Below, piece after piece: positions 14,094 to 28,100 of a stretch of DNA of 64,000 nucleotides. The notes under the pieces were generated by a model. The model saw only the letters and a list, made by a program, of their open reading frames with translations, had not been told where the DNA came from and searched no databases. Within the stretch, counting starts at the first letter, position 1. Every line of letters starts with the position of its first letter. Origin of the DNA: the human T2T-CHM13v2.0 reference genome, Homo sapiens; assembly GCF_009914755.1 (NCBI RefSeq), contig NC_060940.1; one strand, 5' to 3'. Position numbers and translations under genes: made by a program.

Positions 14094-16180
14094 GATGATT
14101 CCACTCGATTCCATTTGATGATTATTCCATTGGAGTCCACTTAGTGAATCCTTTAGATTCTACTGGAAGATGATTCCCTTCGAGTCCATTTGATGATACC
14201 ATTCAATTCCATTCGTTGATGCTTCCATTCAAGTGCATTCGATGATATCATTCGATTCCATTTGATGATAATTCCATTTGATTCCATGCGATGATTCTAT
14301 TCGATTCCATTCAATGATAATTCCATTCAATTCAGTGATTCCTCTGGACTCCATTTGATGATGATTCCATTCAATGATTCCATTCGATTCTATTCGAAAA
14401 TGATTCCATTTGAATCCATTTGATGATGATTCCATTGGATTCCATTTGATGATTCCATTCGATTCCATTCGATGATGATTCCATTCGATTCCATTTGATG
14501 ATTCCATTCTATTGCATTCGATGATGATTCCATTCGATTCCATTCGATGATGATTGGATTCGATTCCATTTGATTCCATTCGATAATGATTTCGATCAAT
14601 TCCATTCGATGATTCCATTCGATTCCATTCGATAATGATTACATCCGAGTCCATTCGATGATTCCATTTGAGCCCGTTCGATAATTCCATTTGAGTCCAA
14701 TCAATGATTCCATTCATTTCCATTCAATGATTCCATTCGAGTCCATTTGATCATTCCGGTAGGGTCCGTTCGATGTTGATTCCATTGGTGTGCATTCGAT
14801 GATTCCATTCGAGTCCATTTTAGGATTTGATTCGAGTCCTTTCGATGATTCCATTCGATTCCACTCGATGATTTCATTCGAGTCCATTCGACACTTCCAA
14901 TCGATTCCATTTGATGTTTCCATTCGATTCCAATTGATGATTCCATTCAATTCCATTCGATGATGATTCCGTACGATTCCATTCTGTGATGATTCCATGT
15001 GATTGCATTCAATGATGATTCCTTTCGATTGCATTCGATTATGATTCATTTCGTGTTCATTCTATGGTTCCACAGGTTTCCATTCGATGATGTTTCCATT
15101 CGTGTCCATTCCATTATTCCATTCTATTCCATTTGAAGATGATTCCATTCGATTCCATTCATTGGTGATTCCACTCAATTCCATTCAATGATTCCATTCC
15201 ATTTCTTTCAACAATGATTCCATTAGTTTCTATTCGATGATCCACTTGATTCCATTTGACGATGATTCCATTCGTGTCCATTCGATGATTCCATTTGATT
15301 CCATATGATGATGATTCCATTCGATTCCATACGATGATGATTCCATTCGAGTCCATTCAATGGTGATTCCATTCAATTCCATTCGATGATTCCTTTTGAT
15401 TCCATTCAATGATGATGGCATTCGATTCCTTTCGATCATTCCCTTTGATTCCATTCAAAGGTGATTTCATTCAAGTCCATTCGATAATTGCATTCGATTC
15501 CATTCTATGATGATTCCATTCGAGTCCATTTGATGATTCCATTCAATTCAAGTCAATGATGATTCCATTCGATTCCACTCGATGATTCCATTGGATTCCA
15601 TTCGATGATGATTCCATTCAAATCCATTCGATAATTCAATTCAAGTCCATTCGATGATGATTCCAATCGAATCCATTCAAAGATTCCACTCAATTCCATT
15701 CGATGATGATTCCCTTAGATTCCATTCGATGATTCCACTTGATTCCATTTACGATGATTCCATTCGATTCCATGTGATGATTCCATTCAATTCTATTCAA
15801 TGATGTTTCCACTTGATTCCATTCGAACATGATTGCCTTTGATTCCATTCAATGATTCCATACGGTTCCATTTGATGATGATTCCATTCGAGTGCATTAG
15901 ATGATTCCATTCGAGTCCATTCGATGATTCCATTCGATTCCATTCGATGTTGATTCTGTTCAAATCCATTCGATGATTCCACTCGATTCCATTCGATGAC
16001 TCCATTTGATCCCATTCGATGATTTCCTTTGATTCCCTTTGATGATCATTCCATTTGATTCAATTCGGTGATTTCATTTGATTCCATTCAGTGATGTTTC
16101 CATTCAACTCCTTTCGATGATGATTCCATTCGACTCCATTCGATTATGATTTCATTCAATTCCATTCGATAATGATTCCC
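14094..16180 (+). repeat. Partial, more diverged HOR unit (3' third) with -13, -3, +3 and -72 bp indels
   Basis: Marker spacing 14229 to 14701 is 472 vs 485 in unit 1. The ORF at 14701 is 81 aa vs 82 aa. The ORF at 15793 lacks 24 codons present in the one at 11702. Confidence 0.8.
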
Positions 16181-19100
16181 TTCAAGTCCATTCGATGATT
16201 CCATTCGATTCCATTCAACGATGATTTGATTCGTGTCCATTCGATGATTCCATTTGATTCCATTTGATGATGATTCCATTCGAGTCCCTTTGATGATTCC
16301 ATTCAATTCCATTCTCCGATGAATTCTTTTGAGCCCATTCAATGCTTACACTCGATTCCATATGATGATGACTCCATTTGATGAAATTCCATGATGATTC
16401 CATTCGCTTGCATTCGATGATGATTCCACTTGAGTCCGTTAGAAGATTCTATTCAATTACATTCCATGACGATTCTGTTCGAGTCCATTTGATGATTCCA
16501 TTAGACTCCATTTGACGATGATTCCATTCGATGTTATTCGATGATGCTTCCATTCAACTCCATTCGATGTTTCCATTCGAGTTCATTCTATTATTCCATT
16601 AGATTCCATTCGATGATGATTCCATTCGATTCCATTTGATGATTGCATTCTGTTTCATTTGATGATGATTCCATTCGAGTCCATTCGATGATTCCATTCG
16701 AGTCCATTTAATGAATCCATTGGTTTCAATTCTATGATGATTACATTGGATTCCATTCGTTGAGGATTTCATTCGATTCCATTCAATGATGATTCCATTC
16801 AATTCCATTCAATGATTCCATTCAATTCCATACGATGATGATTCCATTTGATTTGATTCGACAGTGAGCCATTCGATTCAATTCCATGATGATTCTATTT
16901 GATTCAATTGGTTGACATTTCCATTCGATTCCATTCGATGATGATTCCATTTGATTCCATTCAAAGATGATTCCATTCTAGCCCATTCAATCATTCCATT
17001 CGATTCTATTCAATGATGATTCCATTCATGTCGATTTGGTGATTCCATTTGACTTCATTTGATGATGATTCCTTTCAAGTTCATTAGATGATTCCATTCG
17101 ATTCCATTTGATGATGATCCCATTCCAGTCCATTCAGTGATTCCACTCGTTTCCATTCCATGATGATTCCATTCCATTCCATTCAATGACTCCATTCGAT
17201 TCCGTTTGATGATGATTTCATTCGAGTCCATTTGATGATTCCATTTGATTCCATTCGATGATGATTACATTCGAGTCCATACGATGATTCCACTCAATTC
17301 CATATGATGATGATTCCATTCGATTCCATTCGATGATTCCATTCTATTCTATTCAATGGTGATTCCATTCGAGTACATTAGATGATTCCATTCGATTCCA
17401 TTCAATGATGATTCTATTTGTGTCCCTTAGATGGTTCCACATGATTCCATTTCATGATGATACTATTTGAGCCCATCCAATGATTCCCTTCGTATCCATT
17501 CGATGAGGATTCCATTCGATTCAATTCATTGGTGATTCTATTCAATTCAATTCTTTGATTCCATTCCATTCCATTCGACAATGATTCCATTCGATTTCTT
17601 TCGATGATTCCACTCGATTCCACTTGACATTGATTCCATTCGATTCCATTCAATGATTCCGTTTGATTCCAGTGGATGATGATTGCCATCGATTCCATTC
17701 GATCACTCCATTCTATTCCATTTGATGATGATTACATTCGATTCCATTTGATGATTCCATCTGATTCTATTCGAGGATTCCATTTGATTCCATTCGATGA
17801 TGATTCCATTCGAGTGCATTCGATGATTTCATTCGAGTACATCCAATGATTCCATTCGAGTCCATTTGATGATTCCATTTAATTCCATTTGATTATGATT
17901 CGACTAGAGTCCATTCAATGACTCCATTCGAATCCATTCAACAATTCCATTCGAGGCCATTCGATGATTCCATTTCATGATTCCATTCGAGTCCATTTAA
18001 TCATTACAGTCGAGTCCATTTGGTGATTCCACTGGATTTCTTTTGATAATGATACCATTCAATTACATTTGATGATGATCCCATTCAATTTCATTTGATG
18101 GTGACTCCATTAGAGTCCATTCGATGATTTCATTCGAGTCCCTTCAGTGATTCCATCCGATTTCATTTGAGGATGACTCCATTCGAGTCCATTCGATGAT
18201 TCCACTCGATTCCATCAGATGGTTCCATTGGAGTCCATTTGATTGTTCCATTCGATTCTATTCAATTCCTTTCGAAGATTATTCCATTTGAGTCCATTCG
18301 ATGATGATTCCATTCCATTCCATTCGATGATTCCGTTTGATTCCATTCGATGATTCCCTTCGATTCCTTTCTTTGATGATTCCATTCCATTCCATTCAAT
18401 GATTCCATTCGAATCTATTCCATGATGATTCCTTTCGATTCCATTCGCTGATGTTTCCGTTCAATTCCTTTCGATGATGATTCCATTCGATTCCATTCAT
18501 TGAGGATTCCATTTGATTCCATTCAATGATGATTCCGTTCTATTCCATTCAATGATTGCATTCAATTCCATTCAATGATTATCCCCTTAGAGTAAACTCA
18601 ACGATTCCATTCAATACCATTCGATGATGATTCCTTTTGAGTCCATTCAATGATTTCATTCAAGTCCATTTGATGATTCCTTTCAATTCCATTCTATGAT
18701 GATTCCATTCGAGTCCATTCGATGATTCCATTCGATTGCATTCGATGATTCCATTATATTCCATTCAACAATGATTCCATTCGAGTCCATTCGATGATTC
18801 CATTAGAGTACATTTAATGATTGCTTTGTTTTCAATTCGAAGATGATTACATTGGATTCCATTCTATGATACCATTCGATTCCATTCAATGATGATTCCA
18901 CTCAAATCCATTGGATGATTCCATTCGTGTCCATTCGGTGATTTCATTAGATTCCATTCGAGGATGATTCCATTCGATTCCATTCGATGATTCCATTCAA
19001 TTCCATTCGAGGATGATTCCATTCCAGTCCATATGATCATTCCATTTGATTTCATTCGATGATGATTCCATTCGATTCCATTCGATGATTCCATTCTATT

Positions 19101-22100
19101 CCATTCGATGATGATTCCATTCGAGTCCATTCGATGATTGCATTCGAGTCCATTTAATGATTCCATTGGGTTCAATTCAATGATGATTACATTGGATTCC
19201 GTTCTATGATTCCATTCAATTCCGTTCATTGACAATTTGATTCCATTCGATGATGATTCCATTTGAGTTCATTCGATGATTCTATTCGATTCTCTTCGAT
19301 GGTGATTCAATTCTATTATATTGGATGATTCCATTCGATTCCATTTGATGTTGATTCAATTCGATTCTATTCGATGATGATTCCATTGGATTTCACTTGA
19401 TGATTCTATTCGATTCCATTCAATGATGATTCACTTCTCGTCCATTGGATGATTCCATTTCATTCCATTCGATGATGATTCCATTCGATTCCATTCGATG
19501 ATTCCATTTGATTCCATGCGTCGGTGAGCAATTCGATTCAATTCCATGATGATTCTATTTGATTCAATTAGATGATGTTTCCATTCGAATCCATTCCATG
19601 ATTATTCCATTGGAATCCATTCGGCGATGATTCCATATGAGTCAATTCAATGATGATTCAATATGGGTCCGTTCGATGATAATTCCATTTGATTTCATTC
19701 GGTGCTTCTATTCAATTCCAGTCGATGATGATTCCGTTGGAGTCCATACGATGATTCCATTTGATTTCATTTGATGATGATTCCATTCGATGATGATTAC
19801 ATTGGATTCCATTCTATGATTCCATTCAATTCCATTCGTTGATGATTCGATTCCATTCAATGATGATTCCATTTGAGTTCATTCGATGATTCTATTCGAT
19901 TCCGTTCGATGGTGATTCAATTCTCTTATATTGGATGAATCCACTCGATTCCATTTGATGATTATTCCATTGGAGTCCACTTAGTGAATCCTTCAGATTC
20001 TACTCGAAGATGATTCCATTCAAGTCCATTCGATGATACCATTCAATTCCATTCGTTGATGCTTCCATTCAAGTGCATTCGATGATATCATTCGATTCCA
20101 TTTGATGATAATTCCATTTGATTCCATGCGATGATTCTATTCGATTCCATTCAATGATAATTCCATTCAGTTCAGTGATTCCTCTGGACTCCATTTGATG
20201 ATGATTCCATTCAATGATTCCATTCGATTCTATTCGAAAGTGATTCCATTTGAATCCATTTGATGATGATTCCATTAGATTCCATTTGATGATTCCATTC
20301 GATTCCATGCGACGATGATTCCATTCGATTCCATGTGATGATTCCATTCTATTCTATTCGATGATGATTCCATTCGATTCCATTCGATGATGATTGGATT
20401 CGATTCCATTTGATGATATCATTTGATTCCATTCGTTAATGATTTCGATCAATTCCATTCGATGATTCCATTCGATTCCATTCGATGATGATTGGATTTG
20501 ATTCCATTTGATGATTTCATTTGATTCCATTCGTTAATGATTTTGATCAATTCCATTCGATGATTCCATTCGATTCCATTCGATAATGATTACATCCGAG
20601 TCCATTCGATGATTCCATTTGAGCCTGTTCGATAATTCCTTTTGAGTCCAACCAATGATTCCATTCATTTCCATTCAATGATTCCATTCGAGTCCATTTG
20701 ATCATTCCAGTAGGGTCCATTCGACGTTGATTCCATTGGAGTGCATTCGATGATTCCATTCGAGTCCATTTTAGGATTTGATTCGAGTCCTTTCGATGAT
20801 TCCATTCGATTCCACTCGATGATGATTTCATTCGAGTCCATTCGACACTTCCAATCGATTCCATTTGATGTTTCCATTCGAGTCCAATTGATGATTCCAT
20901 TCAATTCCATTCGATGATGATTCCGTACGATTCCATTCTGTGATGATTCCATGTGATTGCATTCAATGATGATTCCTTTAGATTGCATTCGATTGTGATT
21001 CATTTCGTCTTCATTCTATGGTTCCACAGGTTTCCATTCGTGTCCATTCCATTATTCCATTCTATTCCATTTGATGATGATTCCATTCGATTCCATTCAT
21101 TGGTGATTCCACTCAATTCCATTCAATGATTCCATTCCATTTCTTTCAACAATGATTCCATTAGTTTCTATTCGGTGATCCACTTGATTCCATTTGACGA
21201 CGATTCCATTCGTGTCCATTCGATGATTCCATTTGATTCCATATGATGATGATTCCATTCGATTCCATACGATGATGATTCCATTCGAGTCCATTCAATG
21301 GTGATTCCATTCAATTCCATTCGATGATTCCTTTCGATTCCATTCGATGATGATGGCATTCGATTCCTTTCAATCATTCCCTTTGATTCCATTCAAAGGT
21401 GATTTCATTCAAGTCCATTCGATAATTGCATTCGATTCCATTCTATGATGATTCCATTCGAGTCCATTTGATGATTCCATTCAATTCAAGTCAATGATGA
21501 TTCCATTCGATTCCATTCGATGATTCCATTGGATTCCATTCGATGATGATTCCATTCAAATCCATTCGATAATTCAATTCAAGTCCATTCGATGATGATT
21601 AAAATCGAATCCATTCAAAGATTCCATTCAGTTCCATTCGATGATTCCCTTAGATTCCATTCGATGATTCCACTTGATTTCATTTACGATGATTCCATTC
21701 GATTCCATGTGATGATTCCATTCAATTCTATTCAATGCTGTTTCCATTTCTTTCCATTCGACCATGATTGCCTTTGATTCCATTCAATGACTCCATTCGG
21801 TTCCTTTTGATGATGATTCCGTTCGATTCCATTTCATTATTCCATTTGATTCCATTGGATGAGTCCATTCGATTACATTCGATGATTATTCCATTCGAGT
21901 GCATTAGATGATTCCATTCGAGTCCATTCGATGATTCCATTCGATTCCATTCGATGTTGATTCTGTTCAAATCCATTCGATGATTCCACTCGATTCCATT
22001 CGATGACTCCAGTTGATCCCATTCGATGATTTCCTTTGATTCCCTTTGATGATCATTCCATTTGATTCAATTCGGTGATTTCATTTGATTCCATTCAGTG

Positions 22101-22187
22101 ATGTTTCCATTCGACTCCATTCGATGATGATTCCATTCGACTCCATTCGATTATGATTTCATTCAATTCCATTCGATAATGATTCCC
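16181..22187 (+). repeat. Variant HOR unit, 6,007 bp
   Basis: Marker spacing 16215 to 22222 is 6,007, which equals 6,112 -49 -23 -121 -10 +98. Each indel is visible in the sequence (~16545, ~17265 covering both the 121- and 49-bp losses, ~17970, ~20391-20586). Confidence 0.82.
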
Positions 22188-25100
22188 TTCGAGTCCATTC
22201 GATGATTCCATTCGATTCCATTCAACGATGATTTGATTCGTGTCCATTCGATGATTCCATTTGATTCCACTTGATGATGATTCCATTCGAGTCCATTTGA
22301 TGATTCCATTCAATTCCATTCTCCGATGATTTCTTTTGAGCCCATTCAATGCTTCCACTCGATTCCATATGATGATGACTCCATTCGATGAAATTCGATG
22401 ATGATTCCATTCGCTTGCATTCGATGATGATTCCACTTGAGTCCATTAGAAGATTCTATTCAATTACATTCCATGACGATTCCGTTCGAGTCCATTTGAT
22501 GATTCCATTAGACTCCATTCGACGATGATTCCATTCGATGTTATTCGATGATTCCATTCGATCTCATTCGATGATGATTCCATTCAACTCCATTCGATGT
22601 TTCCATTCGAGTTCATTCTATTATTCCATTAGATTCCATTCGATGATGATTCCATTCGATTCCATTTGATGATTGCATTCTATTTCATTTGATGATGATT
22701 CCATTCGAGTCCACTCGATGATTCCATTCGAGTCCATTTAATGAATCCATTGGTTTCAATTCTATGATGATTACATTGGATTCCATTCGTTGATGATTTC
22801 ATTCGGTTCCATTCAATGATGATTCCATTCAATTCCTTTCAATGTTTCCATTCAATTCCATACGATGATGATTCCATTTGATTTGATTCGACAGTGAGCC
22901 ATTCGATTCAATTCCATGATGATTCTATTTGATTCCATTGGTTGACATTTCCATTCGATTCCATTCGATGATGATTCCCTTTGATTCCATTCAAAGATGA
23001 TTCCATTCTAGCCCATTCAATCATTCCATTCGAATCTATTCAATGATGATTCCATTCATGTCGATTTGGTGATTCCATTTGACTTCATTTGATGATGATT
23101 CCTTTCAAGTTCATTAGATGATTCCATTCGATTCCATTTGATGATGATCCCATTCGAGTCCATTCAGTGATTCCACTCGTTTCCATTCCATGATGATTCC
23201 ATTCCATTCCATGCAATGATTCCATTCGATTCCGTTTGATGATGATTTCATTCGAGTCCATTTGATGATTCCATTTGATTCCATTCGATGATGATTCCAT
23301 TCGAGTCCATTCGATGATTCTATTCGAATCCATTTGATGATTTCTTTTGATTATAGTTGGTGATGATTCCATTGGAGTCCATTCAATGATTCCATTCGAT
23401 TCCAATCGATGGTGATTCCATTAGAGTCCATTTAATGATTCCATTTGATTCCAGTCTCTGATGATTACATTCGAGTCCATACGATGATTCCACTCAATTC
23501 CATATCATGATGATTCCATTCGATTCCATTCGATGATTCCATTCTATTCTATTCAATGGTGATTCCATTCGAGTACATTAGATGATTCCATTCGATTCCA
23601 TTCAATGATGATTCTATTTGTGTCCCTTAGATGATTCCACATGATTCCATTAGATGATGATACTATTTGAGCCCATCCAATGATTCCCTTCGATTCCATT
23701 CGATGAGGATTCCATTCGATTCAATTCATTGGTGATTCTATTCAATTCAATTCTTTGATTCCATTCCATTCCATTCGACAATGATTCCATTCGATTTCTT
23801 TCGATGATTCCACTCGATTCCACTTGACATTGATTCCCTTCGATTCCATTCAATGATTCCATTTGATTCCAGTGGATGATGATTGCCATCGATTCCATTT
23901 GATCACTCCATTCTATTCCACTTGATGATGATTACATTCGATTCCATTTGACGATTCCATCTGATTCTATTCGAGGATTCCATTTGATTCCATTCGATGA
24001 TGATTCCATTCGAGTCCATTCGATGATATCATTCGAATACATCCAATGATTCCATTCGAGTCCATTTGATGATTCCATTTGATTCCATTTGATAATGATT
24101 CTACTAGAGTCCATTCAATGACTCCATTGGAGTCCATTCAACAATTCCATTCGACTCCATTTGATGATTCCATTGGATTCCATTTGATGATTCCATTCGA
24201 GTCCATTTAATCATTACAGTCGAGTCCATTTGGTGATTCCACCGGATTTCTTTTGATAATGATACCATTCAATTACATTTGATGATGATCCCATTCAATT
24301 TCATTTGATGATGATTCCATTAGAGTCTATTCGATGATTTCATTCGAGTCCCTTCATTGATTCCATCCGATTTCATTGGATGATGACTCCATTCGAGTCC
24401 ATTCGATGATTCCACTCGATTCCATTAGATGATTCCATTGGAGTCCATTTCATTGTTCCATTCGATTCCATTCGATTCCTTTCGAAGATTATTCCATTTG
24501 AGTCCATTCGATGATGATTCCATTCCATTCCATTCGATGATTCCGTTTGATTCCATTCGATGATTCCCTTCGATTCCTTTCTTTGATGATTCCATTCCAT
24601 TCCATTCAATGATTCCATTCGAATCTATTTCATGATGATTCCTTTCGATTCCATTCGCTGATGTTTCCGTTCAATTCCATTCGATGATGATTCCATTCGA
24701 TTCCATTCATTGAGGATTCCATTTGATTCCATTCAATGATGATTCCGTTCTATTCCATTCAATGATTGCATTCAATTCCATTCAGTGATTATCCCCTTAG
24801 AGTAAACTCAACGATTCCATTCAATACCATTCGATGATGATTCCTTTTGAGTCCATTCAATGATTTCATTCAAGTCCATTTGATGATTCCTTTCAATTCC
24901 ATTCTATGATGATTCCATTCGAGTCCATTCGATGATTCCATTCGATTGCATTTGATGATTACATTATATTCCAGTCAACGATGATTCCATTCGAGTCCAT
25001 TCGATGATTCCATTAGAGTACATTTAATGATTGCTTTGTTTTCAATTCGAAGATGATTACATTGGATTCCATTCTATGATACCATTCGATTCCATTCAAT

Positions 25101-28100
25101 GATGATTCCACTCAAATCCATTGGATGATTCCATTCGTGTCCATTCGGTGATTTCATTAGATTCCATTCGAGGATGATTCCATTCGATTCCATTCGATGA
25201 TTCCATTCAATTCCATTCGAGGATGATTCTATTCCAGTCCATATGATCATTCCATTTGATTTCATTCGATGATGATTCCATTCGATTCCATTCGATGATT
25301 CCATTCTATTCCATTCGATGATGATTCCATTCGAGTCCATTCGATGATTCCATTCGAGTCCATTTAATGATTCCATTGGGTTCAATTCAATGATGATTAC
25401 ATTGGATTCCGTTCTATGATTCCATTCAATTCCGTTCATTGACAATTTGATTCCATTCGATGATGATTCCATTTGAGTTCATTCGATGATTCTATTCGAT
25501 TCTCTTCGATGGTGATTCAATTCTATTATATTGGATGATTCCATTCGATTCCATTTGATGTTGATTCAATTCGATTCTATTCGATGATGATTCCATTGGA
25601 TTTCACTTGATGATTCTATTCGATTCCATTCAATGATGATTCACTTCTCGTCCATTGGATGATTCCATTTCATTCCATTCGATGATGATTCCATTCGATT
25701 CCATTCGATGATTCCATTTGATTCCATGCGTTGGTGAGCAATTCGATTCAATTCCATGATGATTCTATTTGATTCAATTAGATGATGTTTCCATTCGAAT
25801 CCATTCCATGATTATTCCATTGGAATCCATTCGGCGATGATTCCATATGAGTCAATTCAATGATGATTCCATATGGGTCCGTTCGATGATAATTCCATTA
25901 GATTTCATTCGGTGCTTCTATTCAATTCCAGTCGATGATGATTCCGTTGGAGTCCATACGATGATTCCATTTGATTTCATTTGATGATGATTCCATTCGA
26001 TGATGATTACATTGGATTCCATTCTATGATTCCATTCAATTCCATTCGTTGATGATTCGATTCCATTCAATGATGATTCCATTTGAGTTCATTCGATGAT
26101 TCTATTCGATTCCGTTCGATGGTGATTCAATTCTCTTATATTGGATGAATCCACTCGATTCCATTTGATGATTATTCCATTGGAGTCCACTTAGTGAATC
26201 CTTCAGATTCTACTCGAAGATGATTCCATTCAAGTCCATTCGATGATACCATTCAATTCCATTCGTTGATGCTTCCATTCAAGTGCATTCGATGATATCA
26301 TTCGATTCCATTTGATGATAATTCCATTTGATTCCATGCGATGATTCTATTCGATTCCATTCAATGATAATTCCATTCAGTTCAGTGATTCCTCTGGACT
26401 CCATTTGATGATGATTCCATTCAATGATTCCATTCGATTCTATTCGAAAGTGATTCCATTTGAATCCATTTGATGATGATTCCATTAGATTCCATTTGAT
26501 GATTCCATTCGATTCCATGCGACGATGATTCCATTCGATTCCATGTGATGATTCCATTCTATTCTATTCGATGATGATTCCATTCGATTCCATTCGATGA
26601 TGATTGGATTCGATTCCATTTGATGATATCATTTGATTCCATTCGTTAATGATTTCGATCAATTCCATTCGATGATTCCATTCGATTCCATTCGATAATG
26701 ATTACATCCGTGTCCATTCAGTGATTCCATTTGAGCCTGTTCGATAATTCCATTTGAGTCCAACCAATGATTCCATTCATTTCCATTCAATGATTCCATT
26801 CGAGTCCATTTGATCATTCCGGTAGGGTCCATTCGATGTTGATTCCATTGGAGTGCATTCGATGATTCCATTCGAGTCCATTTTACGATTTGATTCGAGT
26901 CCTTTCGATGATTCCATTCGATTCCACTCGATGATGATTTCATTCGAGTCCATTCGACACTTCCAATCGATTCCATTTGATGTTTCCATTCGAGTCCAAT
27001 TGATGATTCCATTCAATTCCATTCGATGATGATTCCGTACGATTCCATTCTGTGATGATTCCATGTGATTGCATTCAATGATGATTCCTTTAGATTGCAT
27101 TCGATTGTGATTCATTTCGTCTTCATTCTATGGTTCCACAGGTTTCCATTCGTGTCCATTCCATTATTCCATTCTATTCCATTTGATGATGATTCCATTC
27201 GATTCCATTCATTGGTGATTCCACTCAATTCCATTCAATGATTCCATTCCATTTCTTTCAACAATGATTCCATTAGTTTCTAATCGATGATCCACTTGAT
27301 TCCATTTGACGACGATTCCATTCTTGTCCATTCGATGATTCCATTTGATTCCATATGATGATGATTCCATTCGATTCCATACGATGATGATTCCATTCGA
27401 GTCCATTCAATGGTGATTCCATTCAATTCCATTCGATGATTCCTTTCGATTCCATTCGATGATGATGGCATTCGATTCCTTTCAATCATTCCCTTTGATT
27501 GCATTCAAAGGTGATTTCATTCAAGTCCATTCGATAATTGCATTCGATTCCATTCTATGATGATTCCATTCGAGTCCATTTGATGATTCCATTCAATTCA
27601 AGTCAATGATGATTCCATTCGATTCCATTCGATGATTCCATTGGATTCCATTCGATGATGATTCCATTCAAATCCATTCGATAATTCAATTCAAGTCCAT
27701 TCGATGATGATTAAAATCGAATCCATTCAAAGATTCCATTCAGTTCCATTCGATGATTCCCTTAGATTCCATTCGATGATTCCACTTGATTTCATTTACG
27801 ATGATTCCATTCGATTCCATGTGATGATTCCATTCAATTCTATTCAATGCTGTTTCCATTTGATTCCATTCGACCATGATTGCCTTTGATTCCATTCAAT
27901 GACTCCATTCGGTTCCTTTTGATGATGATTCCGTTCGATTCCATTTCATTATTCCATTTGATTCCATTGGATGAGTCCATTCGATTACATTCGATGATTA
28001 TTCCATTCGAGTGCATTAGATGATTCCATTCGAGTCCATTCGATGATTCCATTCGATTCCATTCGATGTTGATTCTGTTCAAATCCATTCGATGATTCCA

